Shown here piece after piece: positions 17,747 through 25,178 of a stretch of 40,000 bases of DNA; the first letter of the stretch is position 1, and the number at the start of each line of letters is the position of its first letter. The translations under genes and the position numbers were made by a program. The notes beneath the pieces were generated by a model. That model saw only the letters and a list, made by a program, of their open reading frames with translations, ran no database searches and was not told the DNA's origin. This stretch comes from Lysobacterales bacterium (GTDB lineage Bacteria > Pseudomonadota > Gammaproteobacteria > Xanthomonadales > UBA2363): assembly GCA_019634735.1 (NCBI GenBank), contig JAHCAT010000001.1, positions 593,227-633,226 of the forward strand. The letters are read 5' to 3'.

Positions 17747-18066
17747 CGTGCCGTACCGAAGCGGGCAGCAGCGAGTCCGAGCGAGCCGGCGCCCACCAGA
17801 AGCGCGATGTGGAGGATGGGGACAACATTCCCATGCACTACTTCGGGAAGCACGCCCGTGTAGGCGACTTCGCTAGAGCTCAAGGCATAAGTCATCGGAA
17901 AGGCGGACATGACACCCGAACCCACCGCGAAGACTGCGAATAGACCAAGAGCGACGAGCGCGCTGTGCCTACGCGAAACGCGCCAAAGCGAGTAGGCGGA
18001 CCACGCAAGGAGGGCGCCGGTCGCGACCGGAATCCACGGGAAGATGAGACTCGCGATTTCGTTCAT
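17740..18066 (-). CDS. cassette 10: small integral membrane protein
   Basis: The start is MNEIASLIFPWIPVATGALLAW... (ATG at 18064-18066; an alternative GTG at 18078 overlaps the attC core). It has 3-4 TM helices. Confidence 0.65.
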   Translation of the reverse strand: MNEIASLIFPWIPVATGALLAWSAYSLWRVSRRHSALVALGLFAVFAVGSGVMSAFPMTYALSSSEVAYTGVLPEVVHGNVVPILHIALLVGAGSLGLAAARFGTART

Positions 18067-18076
18067 GGCAGTCAGC

Positions 18077-18140
18077 ACCTAACGTTTGAGCTCAGGCCGC
18101 GGCCCGTCAGGGCCGTCGCGCCTGCAGCGAATGGTTATGT
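18077..18140 (-). repeat. attC of cassette 9 (short class)
   Basis: Read on the minus strand it is ACATAAC cattc GCTGCAGGCGCG ... GCGGCCTGAGCTC aaac GTTAGGT. Confidence 0.7.
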
Positions 18141-18301
18141 CCTTCCTCCTCGCATTCATTCCAATGGAAATATCCATCTGAAGTGACGGAAAAATTCTCA
18201 GAGGGCCTCTTCCTTAGCGGCACTTCTGGATCGAATCTCAGAAGCCCTGGCAATAGAGACGACCGCTCAAGGTACTTGGAGTTCTTTTTGTTCTTCTTCA
18301 T
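18107..18301 (-). CDS. cassette 9, possible third gene: 64-aa basic peptide
   Basis: The ATG lies 2 nt after the kinase stop (TAGAAATG). The N-terminus is MKKNKKNSKYLERSS, and the ORF runs into the attC. It would fill an otherwise unexplained 164-nt gap between the kinase stop and the attC. Support is weak. Confidence 0.3.
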   Translation of the reverse strand: MKKNKKNSKYLERSSLLPGLLRFDPEVPLRKRPSENFSVTSDGYFHWNECEEEGHNHSLQARRP

Positions 18302-18303
18302 TT

Positions 18304-19362
18304 CTAGTTTTCCCGGAGGAATTTCTTAATTTCGGCCCTACCTAGACTTGCGGTGCAGTACTCGGTGATTCTCCTCTTTGTGCCATCTTTTGAGAGAACA
18401 AATGCTTCCGATGATTGGTCGTCATTTAGTACGAGATTTACCTCTTTGCCGTTATCCAATTCTTTTACCCAGCGCCGGAACCCAGTGCCATACTCCATGC
18501 GCCAATCCAGCAAGGCCTCTTCAATATCCGAAACAGCATTAACAACTTCTATGGCTGATGTAAAGCGCTGAGCAAGATCAGTCTGCAAGCACTTGCGAAT
18601 TGCGTTCACAAATTTCTGAGGGATGTGCTCCGGATACTGATTTCGACTAGGAAATTGGCCGTTACGCACAGCGACCTTGAATGCATTCCTTTCTAGAGTT
18701 CCGTTCCTGACAAACCCGCTGTACTCGCCATAGAAGTGAGCATCGCCTACGCTCATTCGATGCATAGTCAGACCCATCTGATATATATCGAACTGCCGGG
18801 TAAAATCCTGATTTTGAAAAGCCTCAGGAGGAACCATTTTTCCGTAGATTCGGTCTTGCCCTGCAACACCAGAATAGGACGTTTGCTTTGCGAGCCCAAA
18901 ATCCGACAGCATCGCTTCCCCCCTCTCAGAAAGGAGAATGTTGTCTGGCTTTACGTCAAAGTGAATTAGCCCTTTTGAATGTATGTTGTGAATTCCACTC
19001 AACACTTGAGTGGACACCACTATCATTTCTCTGACGGTTAGGGGTCTGCTAGCCATTCGAGCCTTTAAGGAACCCTTGCCATACAGAGGCATTGCCAAAT
19101 AGACATGATCTACGTCATGGCAAGCGTAGTGAATTGGAACCACATTAGGATGCGCGCTCAGATATAAGAGGCTTGCCTCGACAAAGTACTCATCTATGTC
19201 AGTAAACGTAGTCTTTTTCACCTTCTTGACGACTATTTCCGCATTTAGCTGCAGATCCCTCGCCTTGAATACTTGCGAGTTCCTGCCTTCTGACCCGATC
19301 TCATCACCGAGTTGAAAACTTAATTCGGCGGTATTTGGAGGCTTAAGCATTGGTGGCTCCAA
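18304..19362 (-). CDS. cassette 9: Hanks-type (eukaryotic-like) Ser/Thr protein kinase with an uncharacterised C-terminal domain
   Basis: The motifs are the G-loop IGSEGRNSQVF, lysine IVVKKV, catalytic loop HFDVKPDNILL (non-RD), SDFGLAK, PPE, DIYQMGLT and late QRFTSA. About 65-85 C-terminal residues have no motif. The ORF overlaps the upstream gene by 20 nt. Confidence 0.85.
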   Translation of the reverse strand: MEPPMLKPPNTAELSFQLGDEIGSEGRNSQVFKARDLQLNAEIVVKKVKKTTFTDIDEYFVEASLLYLSAHPNVVPIHYACHDVDHVYLAMPLYGKGSLKARMASRPLTVREMIVVSTQVLSGIHNIHSKGLIHFDVKPDNILLSERGEAMLSDFGLAKQTSYSGVAGQDRIYGKMVPPEAFQNQDFTRQFDIYQMGLTMHRMSVGDAHFYGEYSGFVRNGTLERNAFKVAVRNGQFPSRNQYPEHIPQKFVNAIRKCLQTDLAQRFTSAIEVVNAVSDIEEALLDWRMEYGTGFRRWVKELDNGKEVNLVLNDDQSSEAFVLSKDGTKRRITEYCTASLGRAEIKKFLREN

Positions 19363-19801
19363 TTGCAGCCATTACTGCCTCTCGCTGCTCTTTAGTAAGG
19401 TCAGCCCAACTATCTACGCAATCCATTGATAGTTCGCCTTCCGCGTAGCGCTTGAAGTCTTTTCTGGCAATTCCCATCCTCGCAGACAAACTGGATATCT
19501 GCCCGCAAAGATACGAGCTCAATCCACTGCTGGCGAATGCCTCTTGCACTACACCTTCAATTTCAACTCTGCGGACTGGCACTGTTTGCGCGTTGCTTTC
19601 AATAATTCGTATTGCGGCCTTTTTTATCTCGTACTCCCTAAGCACATCGAGAACATTGTTCCTGACGTATTTCAGCGCCTCTGGAACAGACAGAGCGTTG
19701 GGAATGCGAATTTCCTCTACGTTGAGTATTTTTTCCACAGAGGCGTCATAAACTGCGATTGTTATCGCGTTCGGCCTCGCTCTTATGCCCATCGTGTTCA
19801 C
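19343..19801 (-). CDS. cassette 9: 152-aa protein, possible RNase-H-like fold (DUF3010-like), no intact acidic catalytic set
   Basis: The GTG start at 19801 is preceded by GGAGGA (complement of 19808-19813). The predicted beta-beta-beta-alpha-beta-alpha order (GIRARPNAITIAVYD..KILNVEEIRIP..ALKYVRNNVLDVL..AAIRIIES..) is my inference only. Confidence 0.7.
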   Translation of the reverse strand: MNTMGIRARPNAITIAVYDASVEKILNVEEIRIPNALSVPEALKYVRNNVLDVLREYEIKKAAIRIIESNAQTVPVRRVEIEGVVQEAFASSGLSSYLCGQISSLSARMGIARKDFKRYAEGELSMDCVDSWADLTKEQREAVMAAIGATNA

Positions 19802-19819
19802 TCTGTGTCCTCCAGAAGG

Positions 19820-19908
19820 ACATAACGATTGAGTTGAGCGGCGCGCACGCCGGTGTATGAGCTTGGCACTTTATCCCTCACGCGTCCGCTCGAACGAGTT
19901 GTTAGGCA
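19820..19908 (-). repeat. attC of cassette 8 (class A, about 88 bp)
   Basis: The plus strand reads cataacgattgagttgagcggcgcgc...cgcgtccgctcgaacgagttgttaggc. It is roughly 90% identical by eye to the site at 22189-22277. Confidence 0.8.
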
Positions 19909-20327
19909 TCACGCCACTCCACAACAAGCTGGCTGGCGGGCTCAGCAAGCCAGACCTTGATTCTCCGACCAAGCTCATTGATGTCCGCCGGATTGCAACG
20001 AAGAGAAAAGGCGCTGGTTGCGCGATTTGGTTCCGCGCCTCGAACTTCCATTAGAACCTCAAGCGCCGAATGACCGGTGCCGTTAAGGACGTGGGCGCGA
20101 AGCCGCATGTGTCCAAACCACTTCGGGTCGGGACCACCGGATTCCCATACCACCTCGTCCTTCGGGCTAGCCGGAAAGTTCTCAAGGCCTGAGGCAAACG
20201 TCAGGAGATCGGCCGGGTAAGCGTACAGCTCCATTCGGGCCGACGTGCGCTCGTTCGAGGCGCCGACATCTAGCTGCAGCATGCCGTCATCGTCTCTCCA
20301 AATGCCCTTGAGGTCCACGCGCGACAT
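19902..20327 (-). CDS. cassette 8: hypothetical protein (141 aa)
   Basis: The ORF fills the cassette. Its TAA stop lies in the attC inverse core. I recognise no family. Confidence 0.7.
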   Translation of the reverse strand: MSRVDLKGIWRDDDGMLQLDVGASNERTSARMELYAYPADLLTFASGLENFPASPKDEVVWESGGPDPKWFGHMRLRAHVLNGTGHSALEVLMEVRGAEPNRATSAFSLRCNPADINELGRRIKVWLAEPASQLVVEWRDA

Positions 20328-20336
20328 TGATCGTGA

Positions 20337-20427
20337 TGCCTAACGCCGTGCTAACCGGCCGCGGGCCGATAGTGGTTGGTTTGAACGTAACACATCCCCG
20401 CAGGTCCGGTTGAGCACATAGTTAGAT
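20337..20427 (-). repeat. attC of cassette 7 (class B, about 90 bp)
   Basis: The plus strand reads gcctaacgccgtgctaaccggccgcgggcc ... caggtccggttgagcacatagttaga. Confidence 0.8.
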
Positions 20428-20428
20428 T

Positions 20429-21148
20429 TCACCGCCGAGACGTGGCTGCGGCAATGTGGAGTACTGGCCCTTCTAGGGAGAACTCCTGGGCCACTGCCTC
20501 CGCATCGCCCCACATGGACATAGGTGTACCGTGGTCACACTGGCATATGGATGCGAGGACGTCGCCCACGCCAGTGTTCCTGATCTGAAGGAGGCTATCG
20601 AGCTCGCCTTGGGTCCAAGGAGAACGAGACGCGGACCTGCTACTGTCGAACTGAGCCGTTTCATCGTGCCAAGTACAGGATGATCCTTCGCTTTGGAGGT
20701 GGGCCGCCTGCTGACCGAAGGGCAACTCACAATAGAACATCTCAAAGATTGCGAAGCGAGGCCAGAACCGCGCTTGCCGAGTGAGCTGATCGGAGAAATG
20801 CGAAAGGCCCGAGGCTGTTTGCGCATAGTCCCACCGGTACATGCTGGTGCCAAAGCGGGGCAGCTTTGCCTCGAACATTGCGATCTTGATGTGGCCGTTG
20901 GAAGAAATGAGGATTGTTGCGTCACATCCAGTACGCTGTTCAATTCTCGGCTGCAGCACGAAGCTCGTCGCCGAGAGGCCCGTGGAGCTATTGCTGTTTA
21001 TGATTCTTCGGAGCGCGCCGGTGAAGTTTGAAGTGTAATCGTCCTCTCCGGAAATATAGCCAAGGGAAAGATCGCTGCGCGCTTCTTTGTCAGCAACGGA
21101 GGCGAAGTTGCAGAGCTCTGCTATCTGCTGAGGTGGCATGGACAACAC
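20429..21148 (-). CDS. cassette 7: putative PD-(D/E)xK nuclease-fold protein
   Basis: The motif context is TGCDATILISSNGHIKIAMFEAKLP, that is Asp on one strand and E-x-K on the next. The GTG start at 21148 follows GGAGG by 7 nt; an alternative ATG is at 21139. Confidence 0.7.
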   Translation of the reverse strand: MLSMPPQQIAELCNFASVADKEARSDLSLGYISGEDDYTSNFTGALRRIINSNSSTGLSATSFVLQPRIEQRTGCDATILISSNGHIKIAMFEAKLPRFGTSMYRWDYAQTASGLSHFSDQLTRQARFWPRFAIFEMFYCELPFGQQAAHLQSEGSSCTWHDETAQFDSSRSASRSPWTQGELDSLLQIRNTGVGDVLASICQCDHGTPMSMWGDAEAVAQEFSLEGPVLHIAAATSRR

Positions 21149-21166
21149 TAGGAAGCCTCCAGTGAG

Positions 21167-21256
21167 ATCTAACGCCGTGTTAACCGGCCTGCGGCCGACA
21201 GTGATCGGTTCATTCGAACTACCTCCCAGCAGGTCCGGTTGAACACATAGTTAGAC
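21167..21256 (-). repeat. attC of cassette 6 (class B)
   Basis: The plus strand reads tctaacgccgtgttaaccggcctgcggccga ... caggtccggttgaacacatagttaga. Confidence 0.8.
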
Positions 21257-21257
21257 C

Positions 21258-21629
21258 TCACCACCGCGCGCCAAGGTACTTCTTCAGGTGTTCTCGGACT
21301 GGCGTGGAAGCATGATCAAACCAGACTCCATTGAGCAGCAGTCGAAACTGCGGGCTTCTACGTGCGTGGGTTTCGATCTCGCTCAACAATTCGATGCCGT
21401 GAAATGCGATGAGATCCTCAAGCGGTCCCGCGGCTAGTACCTGAAAGTGCCGGCTTGTGGTGTCAGCCGGTATCCTGCCAAGAACTTCAACTATCGCCTC
21501 CAGCGCCAGACGCGGATCGATTCCAGGCAACGAGTCGTCCAAGTCATTCTCAGTCGGCTCGTGCGCCTCCGGAGGCTTACGCCACTTCTCAATCCACGCG
21601 ATGGCAATGGACTCCGCGGATGAGTTCAT
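21258..21629 (-). CDS. cassette 6: hypothetical protein (123 aa)
   Basis: The ORF fills the cassette and looks helical (LALEAIVEVLGRIP...AAGPLEDLIAFHGIELLSEIE). I cannot name a family with confidence. Confidence 0.7.
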   Translation of the reverse strand: MNSSAESIAIAWIEKWRKPPEAHEPTENDLDDSLPGIDPRLALEAIVEVLGRIPADTTSRHFQVLAAGPLEDLIAFHGIELLSEIETHARRSPQFRLLLNGVWFDHASTPVREHLKKYLGARW

Positions 21630-21634
21630 GTGAG

Positions 21635-21724
21635 GTCTAACGCCGGGCTAACCCGCCGCCGGCCGACAGCGGTCCGTTGACACGCAATGGCTCTCCGGCG
21701 GTCGGGTTGAGCACATAGTTATGC
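21635..21724 (-). repeat. attC of cassette 5 (class B)
   Basis: The plus strand reads tctaacgccgggctaacccgccgccggccga ... cggtcgggttgagcacatagttatg. Confidence 0.8.
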
Positions 21725-22192
21725 GTCGTCGCCTGGACGCTCATGGGGATACTCTCGAATCCGCTGGACTGCCTCCCGCTCACGGTCCTCATAGAACGGC
21801 CCTAGCGGGAACGACCCGTTGATGTGAGTGACCCAGTTGTGGTCCGAGTCAAGGTAGAACACGTAGTAGAAGCCGGCGAGCAATCCCAAACTGCAGTTGC
21901 CCGGACCGAAGACAAGATCACGAACCTTGCCACGACGCTCGGGGGAACCCTTCAGGCTTTCAGCAAGTTCGTATCTTGCCTCGACATACTCGCAGTCGTC
22001 GTCATCGAGATCTTCGACTTCGCACTCTCGACCCCGCAGTCGCTTAAGCTGGGTCGAGACGACCTTTGCAACAAAGACGTGTGATGCCTCGTCGAACAAC
22101 TGCGCATCAGTTGGACGATGGAGACGAGAGCAAGCATCCGCTGGTGGGGCCACGAGTGCTAGCACGATGCCGAATGCGAGACTAAGACGCAT
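21719..22192 (-). CDS. cassette 5: secreted protein with a TIMP/NTR-like N-terminus
   Basis: The signal peptide is MRLSLAFGIVLALVAPPADA. The mature N-terminus CSRLHRPTDAQLFDEASHVFVAKVVS resembles TIMP [25 protein letters not shown]. The ATG lies inside the preceding core site (GTTATG). Confidence 0.7.
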   Translation of the reverse strand: MRLSLAFGIVLALVAPPADACSRLHRPTDAQLFDEASHVFVAKVVSTQLKRLRGRECEVEDLDDDDCEYVEARYELAESLKGSPERRGKVRDLVFGPGNCSLGLLAGFYYVFYLDSDHNWVTHINGSFPLGPFYEDREREAVQRIREYPHERPGDDA

Positions 22193-22277
22193 AACGGTGG
22201 AGTTGAGCGGCGCGCGCGCCGATGTATGAGCTTGGCACTTTATTTCTCACGCGTCCGCTCGAACGATTTGTTAGGCC
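22189..22277 (-). repeat. attC of cassette 4 (class A)
   Basis: The plus strand reads cataacggtggagttgagcggcgcgcgcgcc...cgcgtccgctcgaacgatttgttaggc. Confidence 0.8.
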
Positions 22278-22912
22278 GCGACACGCTTTCGTAGCCATTG
22301 CACCATTTCCATGTGGCCGGGACCGACCAGGCCTAAAGCCCGGTGATGTTTAAGACCAGATTCCGTTTGCGATGCCGCCTCAAGAGCCGCATAGGCATTC
22401 CTCACCGCCTCGGGCGCTTGGCCACGCGCATCAGCGATAACGGCTCGCGCCGCCGAGGCTTTGAAACGCGAGACAGGAAACGGGCCGGTATCGTCAGGCA
22501 ACAACTCTATGGCTTCATCATAAAGGTCACTGCGGCGAAGGGATGCGATAAGCCACGGAAACTCCACGGCAACCCCACAATCAAGGTTCGGCGCCTGCCT
22601 GTTCGCTCTGAGTGATGCCCGGTAGTGCTCGAAGGCTTGCTCCGGCTGCTTCAGTAGCACGTGGCACTCGGCGGCTTGCGCATGCGCCTGCGTTTGCTCG
22701 TAGGGATCTGAGAACTCTTCTAGATGCTGCTCTAGCAGTTGCAGCGCGACGCGCACCAAACTCTCTTTTCCCGTCGATGCTAACTCAACCGCCTGGATCC
22801 TTAGATACTGGGCGCGATTGCCTGATCCTCTGGATTTTGCGAGGCGAGCGAAGAATGCCTCCGCGATCGCTGGAGACCACGTGTGGTTCCGAAACCAGTC
22901 GTCTCGCGCCAT
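22271..22912 (-). CDS. cassette 4: all-helical repeat (TPR-like) protein
   Basis: The 213-aa ORF has repeated helix pairs (AQYLRIQAVELASTGK, AHAQAAECHVLLKQPEQAFEHYRASL, ...). I verified the translation codon by codon against the sequence. Confidence 0.75.
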   Translation of the reverse strand: MARDDWFRNHTWSPAIAEAFFARLAKSRGSGNRAQYLRIQAVELASTGKESLVRVALQLLEQHLEEFSDPYEQTQAHAQAAECHVLLKQPEQAFEHYRASLRANRQAPNLDCGVAVEFPWLIASLRRSDLYDEAIELLPDDTGPFPVSRFKASAARAVIADARGQAPEAVRNAYAALEAASQTESGLKHHRALGLVGPGHMEMVQWLRKRVAA

Positions 22913-22923
22913 GGGTTCCGAGC

Positions 22924-23015
22924 GGCCTAACGCCGCGTTAAGCGGCCGCGGGCCAACGCAACATCAGAAAACACCATGGCCTGTCACCGCGGTCCGCTTG
23001 AACGCATAGTTAGAA
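22924..23015 (-). repeat. attC of cassette 3 (class B)
   Basis: The plus strand reads gcctaacgccgcgttaagcggccgcgggcc ... cgcggtccgcttgaacgcatagttaga. Confidence 0.8.
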
Positions 23016-23016
23016 C

Positions 23017-23943
23017 TCACGTCTCGCGACATTGCGCCGCTTCCTCCTCGGTGAACTCGACATCCTCAATTCTCAAAAGGCCGCTCGCAATCGCAGGCTC
23101 GAAATGCTGAAAGAAGCGATTTCGATCGAATGATCCCCACGTGCCGCGCCCCTCCTCACCAGGGATTTTAAGCATGACGAGATCGAGGTGAGCTTCGACG
23201 TTCTTAGCTACTCGGTAATGATGAATCTTCGAGAGCATCACATACAGACGGTCGCGATAGATTGGATTGACTAGGCGCTCAGGCCGAATGTCGATGAACG
23301 TCTCACGCTCTGAGCTCTTGATGTAGCCATCGAATATTGGCTGGATGTTGCTGACCGGATCAATTCCCTGAAACTGAAACGACAGCTTGGCATCGGTGAT
23401 AACGTTGGATGGGTTTATTTCCCGGCGCTTGAGAAGCTTAGTGAGCGCGATCTCCTCGGCTTTCTCCCAGTTCATGCGCGTGCGAGCCGGGGTATCTGCA
23501 GCGGTAGCCGAAAGTGCACGATTCTCGGTGCTGTTCTTCTCTTCAACCTCCGCTTCTGACGCCCTTTGGACCGTCGGTGACGAAGCATAGTAGTCACCCT
23601 GTACGGTAGTGCTGCTTTGGCGCTGAGCCTGAGAGTTGCTGACGGTGATGAGCTGCGAAAGCAGGTAGGAATTCTGCTTTTCAAGCCTCTCGACCTCGGC
23701 CTCCTTCTTTCGCACTTCACGACTGACAGACAGAAGCTTGCCGACGGAAAAATTGTCAAATGCCTCTGCAAGCACGAGTACAACCAGCAATCCAAGTAGG
23801 GACAGCAATCCCGGCGAAATCTCGCCGACAGGCTGCACTTGGAGAAATCGGAACAGAATCATGCCCGCAATGAGAAGACACAGTAGCGCGATTAGGATTC
23901 TGACGAAGAGATTGGCGCCAGCGTGTTGGCTACGTTCCGCCAT
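23017..23943 (-). CDS. cassette 3: membrane-anchored coiled-coil protein with an unknown C-terminal globular domain
   Basis: It has two N-terminal TM helices (LFVRILIALLCLLIAGMILF and LLSLLGLLVVLVLAEAF), a coiled-coil segment (REVRKKEAEVERLEKQNSYLLSQL), a low-complexity linker and a C-terminal domain of about 150 aa. Confidence 0.75.
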   Translation of the reverse strand: MAERSQHAGANLFVRILIALLCLLIAGMILFRFLQVQPVGEISPGLLSLLGLLVVLVLAEAFDNFSVGKLLSVSREVRKKEAEVERLEKQNSYLLSQLITVSNSQAQRQSSTTVQGDYYASSPTVQRASEAEVEEKNSTENRALSATAADTPARTRMNWEKAEEIALTKLLKRREINPSNVITDAKLSFQFQGIDPVSNIQPIFDGYIKSSERETFIDIRPERLVNPIYRDRLYVMLSKIHHYRVAKNVEAHLDLVMLKIPGEEGRGTWGSFDRNRFFQHFEPAIASGLLRIEDVEFTEEEAAQCRET

Positions 23944-23959
23944 GTGCTACCCCTGTGAG

Positions 23960-24052
23960 TGCTAACGCCGTGTTCAGCGGCCGCGCGGCCGCAGGGCAAT
24001 GGTAGATCGACACGGCCTAATCCGCGCGGTTCGCTGCAACACATAGTTAGCT
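23960..24052 (-). repeat. attC of cassette 2 (class B)
   Basis: The plus strand reads gctaacgccgtgttcagcggccgcgcggcc ... cgcgcggttcgctgcaacacatagttagc. Confidence 0.8.
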
Positions 24053-24655
24053 GTCTTTAACACCAGATGCGATTCCGTGACCTTGTGTTCGCGGGTCGCC
24101 CGCATGCATCGCCTCCCACCAACGGATGCCGCCAGCGACAAAATGGTCCGGGTCGATCGTGTTCCCTTGGGCATCACAAATCACCAGCTCCTCAAACCAG
24201 ACCCACAAATCGAGATGTCGATTTGCCGTGACCCCTTCCTGGAACAGCGCCAAGAGGTTAGTTCGCGCTCCCGCGTCCGACTGTATGTCGAGCGATAGGC
24301 GATGCTTCCACAGCTCCCACGCTTGATCTTCGTGGTTGATGAACTCCCAGCCGTAGATTGGCTGCCCACCAAAGGACTGCACAGTTGAGAGTAGATCGGA
24401 TGCTTCTAGCGGCAAAGGCTTCGCAGCGTAATCGTCCCACCTGCTATCTCGCAGCGCAGCAGCGACGCGGCCAACCTCTTTGAGAATGAGCTGGCGCCTC
24501 GGGTCAGCCGACTCTGGCGAGTGGTCGTCGGGCAGGGTTAGCACGGAAATTGTTACGCCAACCATCTGGCGGACGCGGTCATACTCGACACCCAGAAGCG
24601 AGGCTTCGTTGAGGGCTGTGCCGAGTTCCTTGGCTCGATGCTCGTCAATACGCAT
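24047..24655 (-). CDS. cassette 2: hypothetical protein (202 aa)
   Basis: The ORF fills the cassette. Its TAA stop lies in the attC inverse core. It is Trp-rich, and I recognise no family. Confidence 0.7.
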   Translation of the reverse strand: MRIDEHRAKELGTALNEASLLGVEYDRVRQMVGVTISVLTLPDDHSPESADPRRQLILKEVGRVAAALRDSRWDDYAAKPLPLEASDLLSTVQSFGGQPIYGWEFINHEDQAWELWKHRLSLDIQSDAGARTNLLALFQEGVTANRHLDLWVWFEELVICDAQGNTIDPDHFVAGGIRWWEAMHAGDPRTQGHGIASGVKDS

Positions 24656-24662
24656 TGAAGAC

Positions 24663-24722
24663 AGCTAACGCCTGAATTAAGCCGCGCCGCGAAGCGGCGT
24701 CGGCTTGAATGAATTGTTAGCG
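24663..24722 (-). repeat. attC of cassette 1 (short class, about 58 bp)
   Basis: The plus strand reads gctaacgcctgaattaagccgcgccgcgaagcggcgtcggcttgaatgaattgttagc, a GC-rich central hairpin between the cores. Confidence 0.75.
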
Positions 24723-25172
24723 CTCACTGGACAGCTCCACAAGCTGCTTACCGACGAGCCACTGGTCTATTGCTTCCGGCGCAGTGAGCACCTGAAGTCG
24801 ATAGAACGACTTAGAACAGCACAATAGAGTGCGATTGGCATTCGGGTGCGTGATTAGGACTCCCTCGGTGGATACGCAAGTTGCGGAATCTCCAAAGTGA
24901 TCCTCAAACTCAACCAGGTGAACTGCGTTTTCTTGCTCGGCTTGCAGAGCTTCGGGCGCAGCGGCGCCCAAGTTCAGCTCGGCCTCGATGCGCTCGCACT
25001 CAAACATTGGTTCTTTCTCGACAACGTATGTGCTCACAAGTACAGCTTGGCCAGACTCCAGCAGTACAACTGCACGGCCGGAGCCAAAGCCGACGCATGC
25101 TGCCCAAGGTCGTTCCAAATTTCGCAGGACGGCACGGGTTGACTTGGATGCTAGAAACCGATGGAGCTTCAT
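24717..25172 (-). CDS. cassette 1: hypothetical protein (151 aa)
   Basis: This is the first ORF after attI. Its ATG lies 7 nt from the GTTAGC junction. I recognise no family. Confidence 0.7.
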   Translation of the reverse strand: MKLHRFLASKSTRAVLRNLERPWAACVGFGSGRAVVLLESGQAVLVSTYVVEKEPMFECERIEAELNLGAAAPEALQAEQENAVHLVEFEDHFGDSATCVSTEGVLITHPNANRTLLCCSKSFYRLQVLTAPEAIDQWLVGKQLVELSSER

Positions 25173-25178
25173 GTGAGC

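Noticed and set aside
17690-24722. Regularly spaced repeats of about 60-90 bp that could be taken for a CRISPR array.
   Set aside because: The repeats are imperfect palindromes with RYYYAAC/GTTRRRY cores and fall into three sequence classes. The intervening segments are 340-1700 bp and each holds an ORF. An integron integrase is adjacent. These are attC sites.
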